NCBI RefSeq assembly: GCF_006345805.1
Contig: NC_043007.1
Location: 75,082,001 to 75,146,000, forward strand
Direction of reading: 5' to 3'
Length of the DNA stretch: 64,000 bases
DNA from: Octopus sinensis
Lineage: Eukaryota
Of this stretch, positions 1-12,072 are shown piece by piece. The position numbers and the translations under genes are program-made. Positions within the stretch are counted from its first letter, which is position 1. Every line of letters starts with the position of its first letter. The notes beneath the pieces are model-generated. The model had not been told where the DNA came from. It ran no database searches and saw only the letters and a list, made by a program, of their open reading frames with translations.

Positions 1-586
1 CCATACACATTTATGTATCTATCATATATATTTCTGAATAACTTGCTTTCTCATTATTCATTATGGACAATAATGAATAAATGTTATATAATGCTATTAA
101 ACCATATTTGTATGTAATAATATCAATAATTGATTATTGAACTTAAAGCTTTGTTAGATCTTACTAATTAATTAAGATTAGTTTGGTTATTTTGTGATGC
201 CAAGTTTCCATAATCATTAATTTGCAATCTGAACAATGATTAAGATCATTTTGTATCAGTGAAAAGATAGGAAAAAAATATTCCTGCCCAATGTTAACAT
301 AAACTTATAACAAAGAAAATTAACATTTCAGCGTTTATTTTCTTGAAAATATGTATAAATATTTAAAAGTTTCTACTATTGTTGTTGTTAATTTCATATT
401 GGATAAATAGAAAATATCTGTATAAAATTCAATAGAATTTTATTGATATTTTAAAGTATTTCTCAATGAAAATATTCTTCAAATATTTCCAATTATATTT
501 TTGTATTTTTGCGATGATATACTTTTCCGCCATTTTGCAATATGGTTTTATTATGATAAAATATTTCATTGTGGCTGTTTTTGTAG

Positions 587-748
587 CGAGGAGATTGATT
601 ACATCATGATGTGTGTCGATGTGGACCAGGATGGAAAAGTTGATTATGATGAATTTACTGAGCGTTTCCATAATCCAGCAAAGGATATTGGTTTCACCAT
701 GGCAGTCTTATTGACTAATCTTTCTGAACACTCACCCAATGATCCACG
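587..748 (+). CDS. RyR: Ryanodine receptor exon (EF-hand region)
   Basis: tgtag|C...CG|gtaatg; phase 2-2; EEIDYIMMCVDVDQDGKVDYDEFTERFHNPAKDIGFTMAVLLTNLSEHSPNDPR matches the RyR motif RFHxPAKDIGFxxAVLLTNLSEH. Confidence 0.97.
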
Positions 749-918
749 GTAATGAAATAAATTAATATTCAATTTTGATTTTATTTTGTGTCCCCTACAA
801 TCTAAAACATTCTTGTATTATATGTCTAGTTTTGTACCCATTTTTAATGCAGCTCACAAAAATGGATTTTAATCATTAAATACAGTGGAGTATCCTGTAT
901 ATAAGCTGCTCTCTAAAT

Positions 919-1172
919 CAGTGGTTCTCAATTTGGGTTTATATGGCCCTTCAAGGTCCATATGAAATTTGGTTGTTCAAATTTATGTACAATAAAATTG
1001 TTATATTTCTACAATTACACAAAATGTTTTAAAATTTTGTAATATAAATCTTAATATTTAATCATAAAAATATAATAGGAGATTTTAGACATCAAACAGC
1101 TATGAGGGTGTCTCTTCTGAGTAAAATAGAAATCAATGGTGTCTGTAAGCAAAAAATTGTTGAGAACCATTG
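919..1172. mobile_element. hAT-type MITE
   Basis: Termini CAGTGGTTCTCAA...TTGAGAACCATTG; 8-bp flanks ctctaaat (911-918) and ttctaaat (1173-1180) resemble an hAT target-site duplication. Confidence 0.75.
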
Positions 1173-1653
1173 TTCTAAATTTACAAATTGAATAAAAAAT
1201 TTTTTCTGAAGAAAATTATATTCACCCAAAAAGGTAAAATTTGAACAACAGAGCACAAGCAGACTATGCATGAATATAAGTGGCTGGGAAATGTGTACAA
1301 ACAGTTCGTTAATGTCTATATATGCATTTTATGTGGCTTTCAAGTTTTCGGGTTTTATACAGAAAATGATAATGTTTCTCATATTTTTTGCTAAAAACAT
1401 AACCTTGGATGAGAGGAGTAAGACAAAGGGAAAACCACAAACATACATATATATAGAAATTATATAGAAAATTTATAGAAAAACAAAAGATGAAGACAGG
1501 TGTAGGAACAACGAAAAAGTGTATTAGTTTGATGCTCAGGAAAATGAAAAAGTCTTTTATGTTTCAAGCCAACACTCTTCAACAGAAAGGAATAAGAGAA
1601 AATAAACAGAGGAAGAATGAAAAAAACTTGTAGATTTAGTGGTTAAGCATATA

Positions 1654-1689
<36 letters not shown>

Positions 1690-1849
1690 TTTACTGTTGA
1701 TGGATGGACAAATAAAACAACATTTCATGTTTTTATATGGAGTTTGGATATGACTTATATTTATATGTATTTCAATTAATCATGCAACGAATAATTTGGT
1801 TAATGAACAGGGCTTCAGAATTGCATATATTCATATATAGTAGTGCCAC

Positions 1850-1882
<33 letters not shown>

Positions 1883-1980
1883 GGTGTGTGTGTGTGAATA
1901 TTATTTATTTGTTGTCACTTAAAATCTTACTTTTTTGGCTTGTTGTACAAGGACTATATTTTATTATATTCTTTCCTTAG

Positions 1981-2137
1981 GCTTGAGCGCTTCCTTGAGA
2001 AGGCTCGAAGTGTCCTTGATTACTTTAAACCTTACTTGGGCAGAATAGAGATCATGGGTAGTGCCAACAGAATTGAACGTATTTATTTTGAGATCAAACA
2101 GTCACAGATTGACCAATGGGAAAAACCTCAAATCAAG
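1981..2137 (+). CDS. RyR: RyR exon
   Basis: ccttag|G...AAG|gtaaat; phase 2-0; [52 protein letters not shown]. Confidence 0.97.
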
Positions 2138-2489
2138 GTAAATAAAGATTACTTCTTTTGATTTTGTTAAGCTTTTTCCGTTCAACTAACTTTCCTTTAT
2201 AAAATATTTTTCTTCGGATTTATACATCCTCACCACAACATTCGTCTATATATAAGACTTCTTTCCTATTAGGAATTCTTCAAACAGAGAATCAAATAAT
2301 AAAAAGGAGAATATAATGTATTATGTCCAACCCATGTCAGCATGGAAAATAGACGTTAAACAGTGATGATGATAATGATAATTTGATTTTGAGTCTGAAG
2401 AATTTCTAAAAGGAAATTTCTTACATGTTTATTCAACATATACAACTTTGCAAGTCCTATTAGCAAATGAAACATGTAATGGTGAATAA

Positions 2490-2850
2490 TATATCCCGTA
2501 TATATATAAGCCTCGACTGGCTTCTGTGCCGGTGGCACATAAAAAGCACCATCCAAATGTGGCCGATGCCAGCGCCACCTTGGTTGGCTCCCGTGCCGGT
2601 GGCACGTTAAAAGAACCAACCGATCATGGCCGATGCCAGACCCCCCCCCCCTGGCACCTGTGCAGGTGGCACATAAAAAGCACCCACTACACTCGCAGAG
2701 TGGTTGGCGTTAGGAAGGGCATCCAGCTGTAGAAACACTGCCAGATCAGACTGGAGCCTGGTGCAGCCCCTGGCTTCCCAGACCCCGGTCGAACTGTCCA
2801 ACCCGTGCTAGCGTGGAAAACGGACGTTAAACGATGATGATGATGATGAT
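2490..2850 (-). mobile_element. Dispersed repeat family flanked by (CAT)n/(GAT)n (SINE or LINE 3' end)
   Basis: Same sequence (gtttaacgtcc...ccatgctagcatgggttgga...ctggatgcccttcctaatgccaaccactc) recurs at ~11000-11540, 14110-14370 and 25270-25650, each abutting cat/gat repeats; a related fragment is at ~27350-27440. Confidence 0.7.
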
Positions 2851-3224
2851 GATGATATATATATATACATACACTTGTATATAATATATATATATATACA
2901 TATGTACGTTATATATACATAATATAATATATGATGTGTGTGTCAGAGACAGAGAGAGAGATGGTCATCATTCAATGTCCATGTTCCATATTGGCATGAG
3001 ACTCGCATAAAATACCGATTCTATTTTTTTTTCTTCTTTGGTAGACGTTTAACATCGTTACTGGAATAAGCATAAAATTTAATTTCACAGTTAAAAAATT
3101 AGAGAAATTATGTAAAAAGGACAGTAAAATGATCAACAGCCATGCTGTCATTGCTTGTAAGAGTTGATATGCTTTATTTTCTTCACATTTATCTTAAATG
3201 TTTTTTTCTTCTTTATTATCCTAG

Positions 3225-3323
3225 GAATCTAAACGATCATTTTTGCACAGCGTGATCAATGAGGGAGGAGATAAAGAAAAACTGGAAAGTTTTGTCAACT
3301 TTTGTGAAGACACAATCTTTGAG
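3225..3323 (+). CDS. RyR: RyR exon
   Basis: cctag|GAA...GAG|gtaagg; 99 nt; [33 protein letters not shown]. Confidence 0.97.
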
Positions 3324-4672
3324 GTAAGGACTTGCCATTGTAGTAATGTTTTTTGTTATCAATATCATTTTTACCTTCACTATCATCATCATCGTTACAT
3401 TTGTTCCAATCCTTCTTTATATCACTATCATTAACAATGCTATCATTATTGTCATTCTCATTATAATCATTATGAAAGCACATGGCCTAGTGGTTAGGGT
3501 GTTGTATTCATGATAGTAAGATCGTAGTTTTAATTCTCAGACCCAGCAGTGCATTGTGTTCTTAAGCAAAGTACTTCATTTCAGGTTGCTCTTGCTAACT
3601 CAGCTCTAAATGAGTAAACCCTGCAATGAACCGACACCCTTTTGATGGTCAGTGGCATGAACTAAGTCACTTATGTGCCATGAAAATAAAAAAAACTGCC
3701 TGATGAATCATAGAACTCAAGAGAGAACACACTTATTATTATCGTTATAAACGATACACATAATATCAATTCGTAGTGAAAGATAAAAATATTGATTTAA
3801 AATATCTATATGAAATTTTAGAGAGAATACACTTATTATCATCATTATAAACCATATACTTCATATCAATTCCTGGTGAAAGATAAAATGATTTAAATTC
3901 TATATGAAATTTTAGACTGATGTATATATTGTTCTTATTATTAATATTATGACATATGGAATAAAAACATTAAGTCATAATATTGTTTTAGACTTCAAAT
4001 TATATCTATTTAAAGATTAAAATATAGGAGTTCATATTCTAAGTATTGATACCCTAGATCTAAGTATTTAAGGAGTGGAGCATAGATTTTCCTGTAAGTC
4101 AGACTGCTTCATGGCCCCACCAGACAAAATGGAAAAGGTGTTGTCCCGGAGGATGGTGAAGGAATTGCTGTGGAACTCATGAGGCTTGCACTTGTAGACA
4201 GACATCTCTGCCTCTATAGCAGTGAACAAGAATATGGTCCAGAGGCCAAGAATGCCAGAGGTCCCCACTACCACAGGCTTCACCATAAGCCTGTTAGAGA
4301 GATTTTCTTCTTCAATTTTGTTTCCATTTCTTGCTGAGTGTCTTCCCAACACCTAAGGCACAGAAACTCACTGTATACATTCATAGGCCGTTAAGATAAA
4401 TGCACCAGAGTGCTCATTTACAAAATCAAATAAAGTTATGTAGAAAAATATTTATTATATGGAAAGTTATTGTTCTTATGGCAGCAATGATTTTCTCAGC
4501 ACCTGTGAAGTACCAGTTAAAACAATCTTCTGCATTTCTTGCAGAGGCCAGGAATCATTCTCAAATAATTTTCAGTTCCTTTTCTGATCATTCCTAATGC
4601 TCCTACAATCACTGGTATCGTAATGACCTTGAGATGCCACATTTATTATTATTATTATTGTTGTTATTATTA

Positions 4673-5041
4673 TTCTGAAAGACTCACATAGTTCTTAATT
4701 ACCGGTTATTCTTTACTTGAAAGCAAGCAATAACAAATCATTAAAGGTTTCAAATAGTGCCTTCTCCTGTGACTTAGAATGCGAGCTGTACCCAACTATG
4801 TTGTCTTCTGAATCATCTTGAGCCTGACAGCAGCTCCAATATTCTTAATATGGTTTTCAAAACCTTTGGAGAGTGTTCCTAATGCTCCAATTGCCACTAG
4901 TATCACCATTACTTTACAGATGTCCCATAACTTTCCCATCTCATCCTGCAGTGGCTGGTATTTCTCAATCTTTTCTGTTCCCTTACATTTCACCCTCGAA
5001 TCACCTGGTATTGCAATATCTATTATCTTCACTTCACCCTC

Positions 5042-5042
<1 letters not shown>
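4673..5042 (-). mobile_element. 5'-truncated non-LTR retrotransposon with restriction-like endonuclease (R4/Dong-like)
   Basis: IDIAIPGDSRVKCKGTEKIEKYQPL...VAIGALG is the REL C-terminus; (TAT)n on both sides. Confidence 0.75.
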
Positions 5043-5096
<54 letters not shown>

Positions 5097-5123
5097 GTTA
5101 TCATTATTATTATTTATCGTCAG

Positions 5124-5197
5124 ATGCAACATGCAACGAGTATCACCGGGGAGGAGTTGAAGTTGTCATCTGTGATAGGTGGTGTAGGAGCAGGAAG
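5124..5197 (+). CDS. RyR: RyR exon
   Basis: gtcag|ATG...AG|gtgagt; phase 0-2; MQHATSITGEELKLSSVIGGVGAG (continues FE-MQ motif). Confidence 0.9.
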
Positions 5198-5483
5198 GTG
5201 AGTGTAATTTTGTTTTGTCATACAACATAATTTTGTATTATTTTTTAAATTTTGTCTGAAGGATTAAGGATAGGAGATTCTATACATGTTTTTCTATATG
5301 TATACCTTTGCAACATTTATCCTGTAATGAAACACCTGTAACATAGAATTAAAAATATACCAAATTTTTTCTGGTCTTTTGTTTTGATATAAATAAATAA
5401 CATTTCAATGCGGCATGCATGAATAATTGTGAAGATCACTTTACATGAAACCACTGGTTGCCTTGTTAACCCACAAATAAAAA

Positions 5484-5537
<54 letters not shown>

Positions 5538-5575
5538 TTTAATTTTGACATGTATATCTATTTTTCTTTTGACAG

Positions 5576-5776
5576 CATTTTAGAGCCCGTGAAGGCAACA
5601 TATCGTACCATTCGAGATTTCATCGGATCCTTATTATCATTGTTCACATGGTCCAATATCAAGAATACATATCATACATTCCGCAGTATGACCTACGGAC
5701 AACTGTTTATGATGATCCTAAAAGGAAATTTCCAATTTGGACTATCAATATTAACACTGATATTCCATATATTCTG
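5576..5776 (+). CDS. RyR: RyR exon (amphipathic/hydrophobic region before divergent region 1)
   Basis: gacag|C...TG|gtaagt; 201 nt, phase 2-2; SILEPVKATYRTIRDFIGSLLSLFTWSNIKNTYHTFRSMTYGQLFMMILKGNFQFGLSILTLIFHIF. Confidence 0.9.
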
Positions 5777-6477
5777 GTAAGTAAATTGTTACAGATATGA
5801 AAGTCATTCTCTAGAACAGGGATGGGCAAATTTGATAATGCCAGAAGCAAATTTCATGTTCTTAACAAACAAATGGGGTGTATGTGAACATAGGAAAATA
5901 ATGAATGTTTAATTTCAAAAATCCATAAGTTTGTAATTTGTATTAAATAAGTCTTAAAGCTTAATACAGCAAAAAGAGAAAAATAGAATAAATAACAGAC
6001 TTAAAAAGTAAGTTCTGAGGTCAATTCATTCAATTAAAAATTCAAGGTGGTGCCCCAGCATGGCAGTAGTTAATGACTGAAATAAGTAAAAGATAAAGAT
6101 AAGATACAAACACACACATGCACACACACACACACACACATATATATGCAACTGTAGCCAGTAAATCAATGAGAAAAATATTATATATATGTATGATATG
6201 TATGTATATATATATAATATGTAGGTGTGGCTGTGTGGTAAGAAGTTTGGTTCCCAATCACATGGTTCTAAGTTCAGTCCCACTGTGTGGCACCTTGGGC
6301 AAGTATCTTCTATATAATCAGGCCAGTCAAAGCTTTGTGAGTGAATTTGATAGACAGAAACTGAAAGAAGCTCATCATATATGTATATATATGTGTGTGT
6401 GTGTGTGTGTTAAATAAAATGAGACCACACAGCTAAGGCTGTGTGGAATTTTCAGGACATTTATAAAGAGAAAGCTA

Positions 6478-6525
6478 GCCTTACAGCTGTTTCTGGGATA
6501 TTAGGGATATCCCTTCATCAGAGAC
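6478..6525 (-). ncRNA. Minimal type I hammerhead ribozyme (Penelope-type variant)
   Basis: Minus strand reads GUCU-CUGAUGA-A-GGGAUAU-CCCUA-AUAUCCC-A-GAAA-C-AGCU-G-UA/AGGC: core intact, 7-bp stem II, palindromic short stem III, 4-bp stem I. Confidence 0.65.
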
Positions 6526-6642
6526 GATGTGAGATGGTTAAATAGAGGGAAATAGTAGAGATCAATGTAAGGAGTTATTTTTAAAAAGATGGAAATGAGA
6601 AGAATGAAAGGAAATATATATATATATAATATATATATATAT

Positions 6643-6990
6643 ACGAGCAAAATGCCCCCTGTCAAATGGACGGTGCTGAGTTGTCAAATACTGAAACCAA
6701 ATTTTCTCAAAACAACTTGTACAACCGTCCCATTTTGTGGCATTATTTCAAGCCAGCAGGCTTTTTTTGTGCAAGCTGCATGTGCATTTTTCTCATGTAC
6801 GATTGTAGCAGCTGAAGTACTTGCACATACAAATGTACGTTCCCACGGCTTTATCGATCGCATTCTCACCTGGAATCGATTTTTGCAATTTTTTCAAGCC
6901 TTATACACGCCCTGATACCGTTGGTATCTACATATCAAATTTGAGTGCAATCGGATGCAGGATGCCCGAGATCCTAGAAGACACACACAC
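6643..6990 (-). mobile_element. Non-autonomous Helitron-like element
   Basis: Homologous to 18061-18429, which on the minus strand starts A|TCTATTATATA and ends CTCA|T. Confidence 0.55.
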
Positions 6991-7368
6991 AGACATATAT
7001 ATATGTATATGTATGAATGTATGTATGTATGTATGTATGTATGTATGTATGTATGTATGTATGTATGTATGTATGTATGTCAGTGTGTGTGTCTTTGTGT
7101 CTGTGTTTTTTCCTCCACCACTGCTTGACAGCTAGTGATAACTTAGTGATTCAGCAAAAATAGAATAAATAACAGACTTAAAAAGTAAGTTCTGAGGTCA
7201 ATTCATTCAACTAAAAAATTCAAGGTGGTGCTCCAGTATGGCCACAGTTAATGACTGAAATAAATAAAAGATAAAGATAAGATAAGACACACAAGTGCAC
7301 GAGTGTGCACACACACTCATATGCACACATATATGTATAATATACTTATCTGCAATTTTGATTCATGT

Positions 7369-7650
7369 GGAGGCGCAATGGCCCAGTGGTTAGGGCAGCG
7401 GACTCTCGGTTGTAGGACCAGGTTTTCGATTCCCAGAGCGGGCGTTTTGAGTGTTTATTGAGCAAAAAGACCTAAAGTTCCATGAGGCTCCGGCAGGAAG
7501 TAGGAGTGAACCCTGCTGTACTCTTTCACTACAACTTTCTCTCGCTCTTTTTTCTTGTTTCTGTTGTACCTTTGTGTCACGCTGATTCTCCCCAAGAACT
7601 ACATTAAGGGTACATGTGTCTGTGGAGTGCTCAGCCACTTGCACATTAAT
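7369..7650 (+). mobile_element. tRNA-derived SINE (family D)
   Basis: Head ggaggcgcaatggcccagtggttaggg...gtt(t)tcgattccc with A/B-box-like motifs; second copy at ~20311-20695. Confidence 0.7.
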
Positions 7651-7974
7651 AAATGAGCTGTGACATCACTGGTGCCAATCTGTATCCGTCTTTGCCTTTC
7701 CCTTGGATAACATTGGTGGCATGGAGAGGGGAGGCTGGTATGCATGGGTACCTACTGGTCTTCCATAAACAGCCTTGCCCAGACTTGTGCCTCGGAGGGT
7801 TAACTTTCTAGGTGCAATCCCATGGCCATTCATGACTGAAGGGGGTCACAACACAAATTTTGATTTGTAATTAAGTCTGTAATTTTATAATATTAAAATA
7901 ATTCCTATTTCTTAAAATACAGTTGTTGATAAATGTCTTAATTTCTTATATTTGTCAATATTTATTACTAAAAG

Positions 7975-8208
7975 GACTTTAGCCAAATTCTTGATAAATA
8001 TGATGATGGGTGATCGAGGTATGGAGGTGACTTCAGATGCTGTAAAGGCTGCTGCTACCAAACACCCCCCTGCTATAATGCCTGCTCCATTGGCATTAGG
8101 AGCCCCAGAAACGCCTAGTGGAGCGGCACCGGCAGGACCAAAAGTTACACAAGAAAATGGAGGACCTGTTAAAACGTTCCCTGCTAAGAAGGAAAATGGT
8201 CTGAAAGA
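7975..8208 (+). CDS. RyR: RyR exon (divergent region)
   Basis: aaaag|G...GA|gtaagt; 234 nt, phase 2-2; WTLAKFLINMMMGDRGMEV...KKENGLK. The acceptor was chosen by phase; its pyrimidine tract is weak. Confidence 0.8.
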
Positions 8209-8505
8209 GTAAGTTAAAGCTCATTCACTTCTTTCATTTCTAACACCATTATTACTTGTAGTATTGTGATGTCATTATTATTATCATTATCAAGGCAGTG
8301 TGTGGGCAGAATCATTAGCTCACCAGACAAAATGTTTAGTTGCATTTCGTCCACCTTTATGTTCTGGGTTCAAATTCCGCCGAGGCTAATTTTGCCTTTT
8401 ATCCTTTTGGGGTTGATAAATTAAGTATCAGTCAAGCATTGGGGTCAAAATGATCAACTATACTCCTCTTCTCAAATTCCATGCTTTGTGACTATAGTAG
8501 AAAGG

Positions 8506-8544
<39 letters not shown>

Positions 8545-9029
8545 GAATGAGAGAGGAATGCATGCCTTCAAATTGACACTGGGGTACAAATATACAAAGC
8601 CCAATATACCCATCATGACTACCCGTCTGATAAGGATACACCAGGTACATGCATCACAACCATATGTGCATGACATAGTGTTCTCATATCAAGATAAATG
8701 ATGCATGACCTTGCAGGTTGGTGCCAGTTAGAATTTTTTTCAGGTCAAGTAGCCCATCCCACTTAAAAAGTTCCTGAATGAGGTTTGTTTAAGAATGAAC
8801 AAAGCACTCAGATTTCCAAAAGTGAAAGATTCAAACCCCAAGGAATTCCTCTCTACACACAGCTGTAATGCTCCCCAACTACTCCCACTTGTGATAAGAG
8901 ATGTACATATTGTCAGCCACCAAGGGACATGTTCAACTGGCAAAGGTCAAGCAACTGACTAGTAAATCTGTGGTATTGACCAGAATATCTGTTATAACCC
9001 ATACAACTACTACTAATACTAATATAGGG

Positions 9030-9350
9030 TGAGGGCACATGGCTCAGTGGTTAGAGCATCAGGTTCACAATCATGACGTAGTGAGTTCAATTCCCAGACC
9101 AGGCTGTGTTGTGTTCTTGAGCAAGACACTTTATTTCACATTGCTATAGTTCACTTAACTGTAGAAATGTCACTGGTACCAAACTGTATTAGCCTTTACT
9201 TTTCTCTTGGATAACATCGGTGGCACAGAGAGGGGAGGCTGGTATGCATGGGTAACTGCTGGTCTTCCATAAACAACCTTGCCCAGACTTGTACCTTGGA
9301 GAGTAACTTTCTAGATGCAATTCCATAGTCATTCATGACCAAAGGAGGTC
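9030..9350 (+). mobile_element. tRNA-derived SINE (family E)
   Basis: Head ggctcagtggttagagc...gagttcaattcccagacc; tail ...ccatagtcattcatgaccaaaggaggtc; copies or fragments at ~7650-7850, 15551-15690(-), 47905-48200(-), 55565-55875(-). Confidence 0.7.
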
Positions 9351-10108
9351 TTTACCCTTTACCCTTTTACAAGGGTGATGAGCTGGTAGAATCTTTAACT
9401 CATCTATAAGGCGGCGAGCTGGCAGAAACATTAGCATGCCAAGTGAAATGCTTTACAGTATTTCGTCTGCCATTATGTTCTGAGTTCAAATTCCACTAAG
9501 GTCGATTTTGCCTTTCATCCTTTCAGGGTCAATTAAATAAGTACCAGTTATGCACTGGGGTCGATATAATCAACTTAGTCCATTTTGTCTGTTCTTGTTT
9601 GTCCCCTCTGTGTGTAGCCCCTTGTGGGCAGTAAAGAAATAAGAATCTTTGGCTCATCGGACAAACTGCTTAGCGGCATTTCTTCTGACTCTTTACATTC
9701 TGAGTTCAAATCCCACAAAGGTCAACTGTGCTTTCATCCTACTTGGTCAGTTAAATAAAGTACCAATCAAGTACTGGGGTTGATATAATCAACTTGCCCT
9801 TCCCCTCAAAATTGCTAACCCTGAAATGAAAATATTAATATTATAGGCACAGACATGTGTGCATGTGTGTGTGTGTGTGTGTGTGTGTTTGTGTGTGGTA
9901 AGAAGGTTGCTTCCCAACCACATTGTTCTGTGTGTCACCTCAGGCAAGTGCCTTTTATAATAACCCCAGGACAACCAAACCTTTGTGAGTAAATTTGGTA
10001 GATGAAAACAGAAAGAAGCCTATCATATATATATGTGTGCATGTATGTGTGTGTGTGTTGTTCAGTTTGTCAGTTAAGGATTCACAAGTTCCTTATTTAT
10101 TCCTTCAG

Positions 10109-10229
10109 ATCTATCAGTGTGACAGAGGGACAGACGGCACCAGAAGTTGATGCTACAACAATAAATGGTAGTGTACCATCAAAAGAATTACCTTCAGCTA
10201 CCTCTGAAGGTCCAAATGAAATGCTTTTG
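10109..10229 (+). CDS. RyR: RyR exon (divergent region)
   Basis: ccttcag|A...TTG|gtaagt; phase 2-0; SISVTEGQTAPEVDATTINGSVPSKELPSATSEGPNEMLL. Confidence 0.78.
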
Positions 10230-10582
10230 GTAAGTGTTCTAATAACTAAAGTATATTTCTTTTTTTATAACTGGAGAAAGTATCTCAGAATTATTTTAAG
10301 GTGTTGCAGCAGGAATGTTTATTTATTCAAAATCTTTATGAAGAGGTCTAATAAGAAGAAAATATAGCCTTGTTTATCCTTGAACTTGTCAAAAATCACA
10401 TGCCCTTTCTACCTCATACCCAACTCAACATTTTTAATTAATTTTAATTTTAAATAAGTCTCTCTTTCTTATCCAGAATTAATCATTAAAAGTAACGATT
10501 TCTTCTCCTCAATACAGGTACAATAGTTAATAATTAAAAATTAGTGATAGTAGAGGGAGGTTCACTACATTATATTAACCAG

Positions 10583-10800
10583 CGGCGAGCTGGCAGAAAC
10601 GTTAGCACGCCGGGCGAAATGCGTTGCCGTATTTCATCTGCCGTTACGTTCTGAGTTCAAATTCCGCCGAGGTCGATTTTGCCTTTCATCCTTTCGGGGT
10701 CGATTAAATAAAGTACCAATTACGCACTGGGGTCTTAATCCCTTTGTCTGTCCTTGTTTGTCTCCTCTGTGTTTAGCCCCTTGTGGATAGTAAAGAAATA
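10583..10800 (+). mobile_element. tRNA-derived SINE (family A)
   Basis: ggcgagctggcagaaacgttagcacgcc...gagttcaaattccgccgaggtcga...gtaaagaaata; other copies at ~8295, 9410, 29416, 30470, 34258, 37680, 50062-50640 (tandem), 61622, and 62985-63460 (-, tandem). Confidence 0.85.
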
Positions 10801-11849
10801 TATATTAACCCCCGCTAAACTATATTAGGTATATTGTATGTTTTTCAAAATTTGTGTCTTAGGGTAATAATCTACAGTGGGGGTTTTAGAATTAACAGTT
10901 GACATTGTTTATTGTTTTTATAAAATAAATATCTTATTCTGACTCGGTACATACTTCATGAAGAATCTTACCTAACCCAACAACACACACATCATCATCA
11001 TCATTATCATCAGTTAACATCTGTTGTCTATGCTGTTGTCTCTGCTGGCATGCTGGAATGCTGCACCAGACACCAGTCTGATTTGGTATGGTTTTCTATG
11101 GCTGGATGTCCTTCCTAATGCCAACCACTCCAAGAGTGTAATGGGTGCTTTTACATGCCACCAGCATGGGTGCCATTTGCATAACACTGGGGTACATTTA
11201 CATGTCACCAGCACAGGTGCCAGTTTGTGTGACACTGGTATCTGCCATGTCTGTGATTTTGCTTGGCTTCGTGGGTCTTCTTCTCAAGCATGACATAATG
11301 CCAAAGGTCTTGGTCATTGCCTCCATGAGGCCCAGTACTCAAAAGGATCCCAGCCACCTCGCCTCTATGAGGCCCAATACTCAAAAGGAATTCAACCACC
11401 TCGCCTCCATGAGGCCCAATACTCAAAAGGAACTCAGCCACCTCGCCTCCATGAGGCTCAACACTTGAAAGGAACTCAACTATTTTGCCTCCGTCAGGCC
11501 CAGTGCTCAAGAGGAACTCAGCCACTTTGCCACTGTGAGGCCCATATATAATATTAAATCTATAGAGCATTTTTATTAAAAATAATAAATGAGGTCAAAC
11601 TGAGTTTTTCTTCTTAATTCTAAGTTGAGAATATGAGTTAACATTCAGATTAATCAGCCAAATCTAATGTTTATTTATTCACATTGTTTTGAATTACCCA
11701 TGTGTTGTCTCACAGTTTCGAGGTTTTTGATGCTATGATTATTCATTTTTAGAATGACATTGTAGGGTAGGTATGATAAGCCAGATGTTGCCAGTTTAAC
11801 CCTTCAGCATTCAGATTACTCTATCAAATGTAATGTTAATTTATTGGCA

Positions 11850-12016
11850 TAGGCGCAGGAGTGGCTGTGTGGTAAGTAGCTTGCTTACCAACCACAAGGT
11901 TCCGGGTTCAGTACCACTGCGTGGCACCTTGGGCAAGTGTCTTCTACTATAGCCTCGAGCCGACCAAAGCCTTGTGAGTGGATTTGGTAGACGGAAACTG
12001 AAAGAAGCCCGTCGTA

Positions 12017-12072
<56 letters not shown>

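Noticed and set aside
5983-7292. Apparent local duplication of 5983-6115 and 7158-7292
   Set aside because: Both are SINE 3' tails; shared variants are equally explained by a subfamily.
11320-11540. Repeated peptide ASMRPNTQKE (ORF 11145-11468)
   Set aside because: A ~40-bp tandem repeat inside a (CAT)n-flanked dispersed element, with no splice context.
11850-11930. tRNA genes at SINE heads
   Set aside because: A/B-box-like motifs run into SINE bodies without a complete cloverleaf, and recur as dispersed repeats.
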